Positions 12,563 to 64,000 of a stretch of DNA of 64,000 nucleotides are shown here, piece by piece. The stretch lies in the NCBI GenBank assembly GCA_951406725.2, contig OX597818.1, forward strand, positions 120,652,001-120,716,000. The letters run 5' to 3'. The position numbers and the translations under genes were made by a program. Each line of letters begins with the position of its first letter. Within the stretch, counting starts at the first letter, position 1. The stretch is from Octopus vulgaris. Lineage: Eukaryota. The notes under the pieces are model-generated. The model searched no databases. It saw nothing but the letters and a program-made list of their open reading frames with translations, and had not been told where the DNA came from.

Positions 12563-12984
12563 CTATTTCTTTACTACCCACAAGGGGCTACACACAGAGG
12601 GGACAAACAAGGACAGACAAACGGATTAAGACGATTATATCGACCCCAGTGCGTAACTGGTACTTAATTTATCGACCCCGAAAGGATGAAAGGCAAAGTC
12701 GACCTCGGCGGAATTTGAAATCAGAACGTAACGGCAGACGAAATACCTATTTCTATTTCTTTATTACCCACAAGGGGCTAAACACAGAGGACAAACAAGG
12801 ACAGACAAACGGATTAAGTCGATTATATCGACCCCAATGCATAACTAGTACTTATTTAATCGGCCCCGAAAGGATGAAAAGCAAAGTCGACCTCGGCGGA
12901 ATTTGAACTCAGAATGTAGCGGCAGACGAAATACCGCAAAGCATTTCGCCCGGCGTGCTAACGTTTCTGCCAGCTCGCCGCCTT
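12563..12984 (-). mobile_element. Two tandem SINE family A copies (others about 22795-22992 -, 40357-40560 +, 51197-51410 +, 52545-52773 -, 58668-58860 +, 63850-64000 +)
   Basis: tRNA-like head GGCGGCGAGCTGGCAGAAACGTTAGC..GAGTTCAAATTCC, central GCCTTTCATCCTTTCGGGGTCGAT, tail GCCCCTTGTGGGTAATAAAGAAATA. Confidence 0.85.
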
Positions 12985-13259
12985 GTTTGTGTTGAAATAC
13001 CACCGAAGTCGGTTTTGCCTTTCATCCTTTCAAGATCGATAAAAGAAGTAAGAGTTAATATGTTATCGAATTACCCCTCCCTCGAATTGTATCATAATTT
13101 GAAACATTACTATTGTATGAAACTCATCGACATGTAAATGAGTTATTTTTATTCTGCCAAGCGTATCATTGCGTTCCGATGTTCTGACTTCCTAACTGAA
13201 GCAGAAGTTGTCCTAAATCATTACAGTTAACACTGTATCTAACCGTGTGAGGTGTTACC

Positions 13260-62642
<49,383 letters not shown>

Positions 62643-62806
62643 TACTAAGCATGCCTTGATGTATTATTTTGAAGAAATATTATCACTTTTTAAATATTTC
62701 TTAGAAATTATCATAAATTCAATAATCAAAATAGAAAATATTTCTTTTTGCTGAAGTGGAAATACATACTTGCTAGTATGACATATTTGTGTAACTTTCA
62801 ATATTC

Positions 62807-62824
62807 AATAAACTATTCAATAAA
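62807..62824 (+). terminator. Candidate polyadenylation signals (two AATAAA)
   Basis: AATAAA at 62807 and 62819, about 170 nt after the stop; the AT-rich context makes chance matches common. Confidence 0.4.
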
Positions 62825-64000
62825 ATATCTATTTTCTCAATTGGGATAATGTTGACTAACCGAAATGTTTTATTCTTTCATTACTCACTTTTAATAAACT
62901 TACTGAATTCTATGGACTTCCTTATTATCTTATTTTGGGTGATACATATCACCACAATTTTACTCTTTAATATAAATGTCTGAAAAAGTAGGACTGATTT
63001 TAGAACTTCAACACTCGATTGTAGCTGTTACATTTCACTGATGTCGTTACAATTTTATGAATGTTGCTGATGTTTCTCAGCTAATGTCCTATGAAATATG
63101 TTCTTTAATAAATAATAAACCATAATCAATAAAATATTGTAACAAGTTTCATTTATTGTCATGTTTCTCATTAATCAAACGAATTTAGTATGAATATATG
63201 ATGCATTTCTGACTCGATATCCAAGAATTCATTTCATGGATCTTTTAGGTTTGAACGGCAGGTTTTTAACATAATTTCTAGGTAACTAAAAAATTTTAAA
63301 CTTCGTATACTGGTAGAATGTGTTTATAAAACATCCTTTTCTCTTGGTTTTATTGAGAAAACTCTATAGTTTGTAAGATATTTGTTGTTTTTTTTCTTCA
63401 ATTTCTGAAATTTTAACCAATCAATGATGTCTATTGTGTGTATTATGTATTAGATGTATGTATGTATGTATCTAATGTATGTATGTATGTATTAGATGTA
63501 CCGAAAACTAATGCATTTCAAATAAGTATAATACGTATCGTTAATACATTTCTTCATTCAAGAGATAGTCATCATTGTTAGCAATAACAATTAACTCACC
63601 ACGAAACGAGTATTCCTGGGGGAAAATATGAAGATTCTTTAGAAAATAAAAATGTTTATAATGCTATATTGGTATCGCCCATAATTGTGAATGTTCGAAT
63701 GATCTGAATACGTGAAAGTCTAAGAAGGATACATGAGGTACCCTCTTCTCATCTGTATAGACTTTCTCAACCTATTTCAGCTAATTTTGCACTGTGGACC
63801 GAGGATTAATAAACCTCCGGGAAAAGTCAATACTTTGACGCGTGAGGAGACGGTGAGCTGGCAGAAACGTTAGCACGTCGGACGAAATGCTTAGCAGTAT
63901 TTCGTCCATCACTACGTTCTGAGTTCAAATTCCGCTGAGGTCGACTTTGCCTTTCATCCTTTCGGGGTCGATTAAATAAGTACCAATTACGCACTGGGGT

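Noticed and set aside
12900-12984. tRNA-like A/B box sequences
   Set aside because: SINE heads attached to repeated bodies and tails; no complete cloverleaf identified.

Overview
This is eukaryotic, AT-rich, microsatellite-dense animal DNA. The SINE and repeat repertoire suggests a coleoid cephalopod, probably Octopus (inference). One host gene spans the window: a 12-exon clan-4 (CYP4V-like) cytochrome P450 on the + strand (13260-62642). I spliced it by hand from GT-AG junctions into a 1485-nt, 494-aa open frame. Its introns and upstream region are packed with mobile elements: a full-length Mag-type Ty3/Gypsy LTR element, a degenerate autonomous Helitron plus non-autonomous Helitrons, two Penelope-like (PLE) retroelements, R4/Dong, RTE and CR1 LINE fragments, Tc1, mariner and hAT relics, MITEs and two SINE families. 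The most notable unannotated signals are: (1) type I hammerhead ribozyme motifs from at least four repeat families, including a 535-bp tandem retrozyme-like unit with a canonical core and variants with a G3-C8 swap or A6U; (2) a TSD-bounded, RT-less, gag/ORF1-only retroelement that shares its 3' tail with the local SINE; (3) an inverted PLE pair tightly bracketing an in-frame exon 5-10 module, which is back-splicing geometry; (4) non-canonical C-helix and I-helix motifs in the P450. Most short ORFs in the supplied track are repeat artefacts. All family names come from motif recognition, not database searches.
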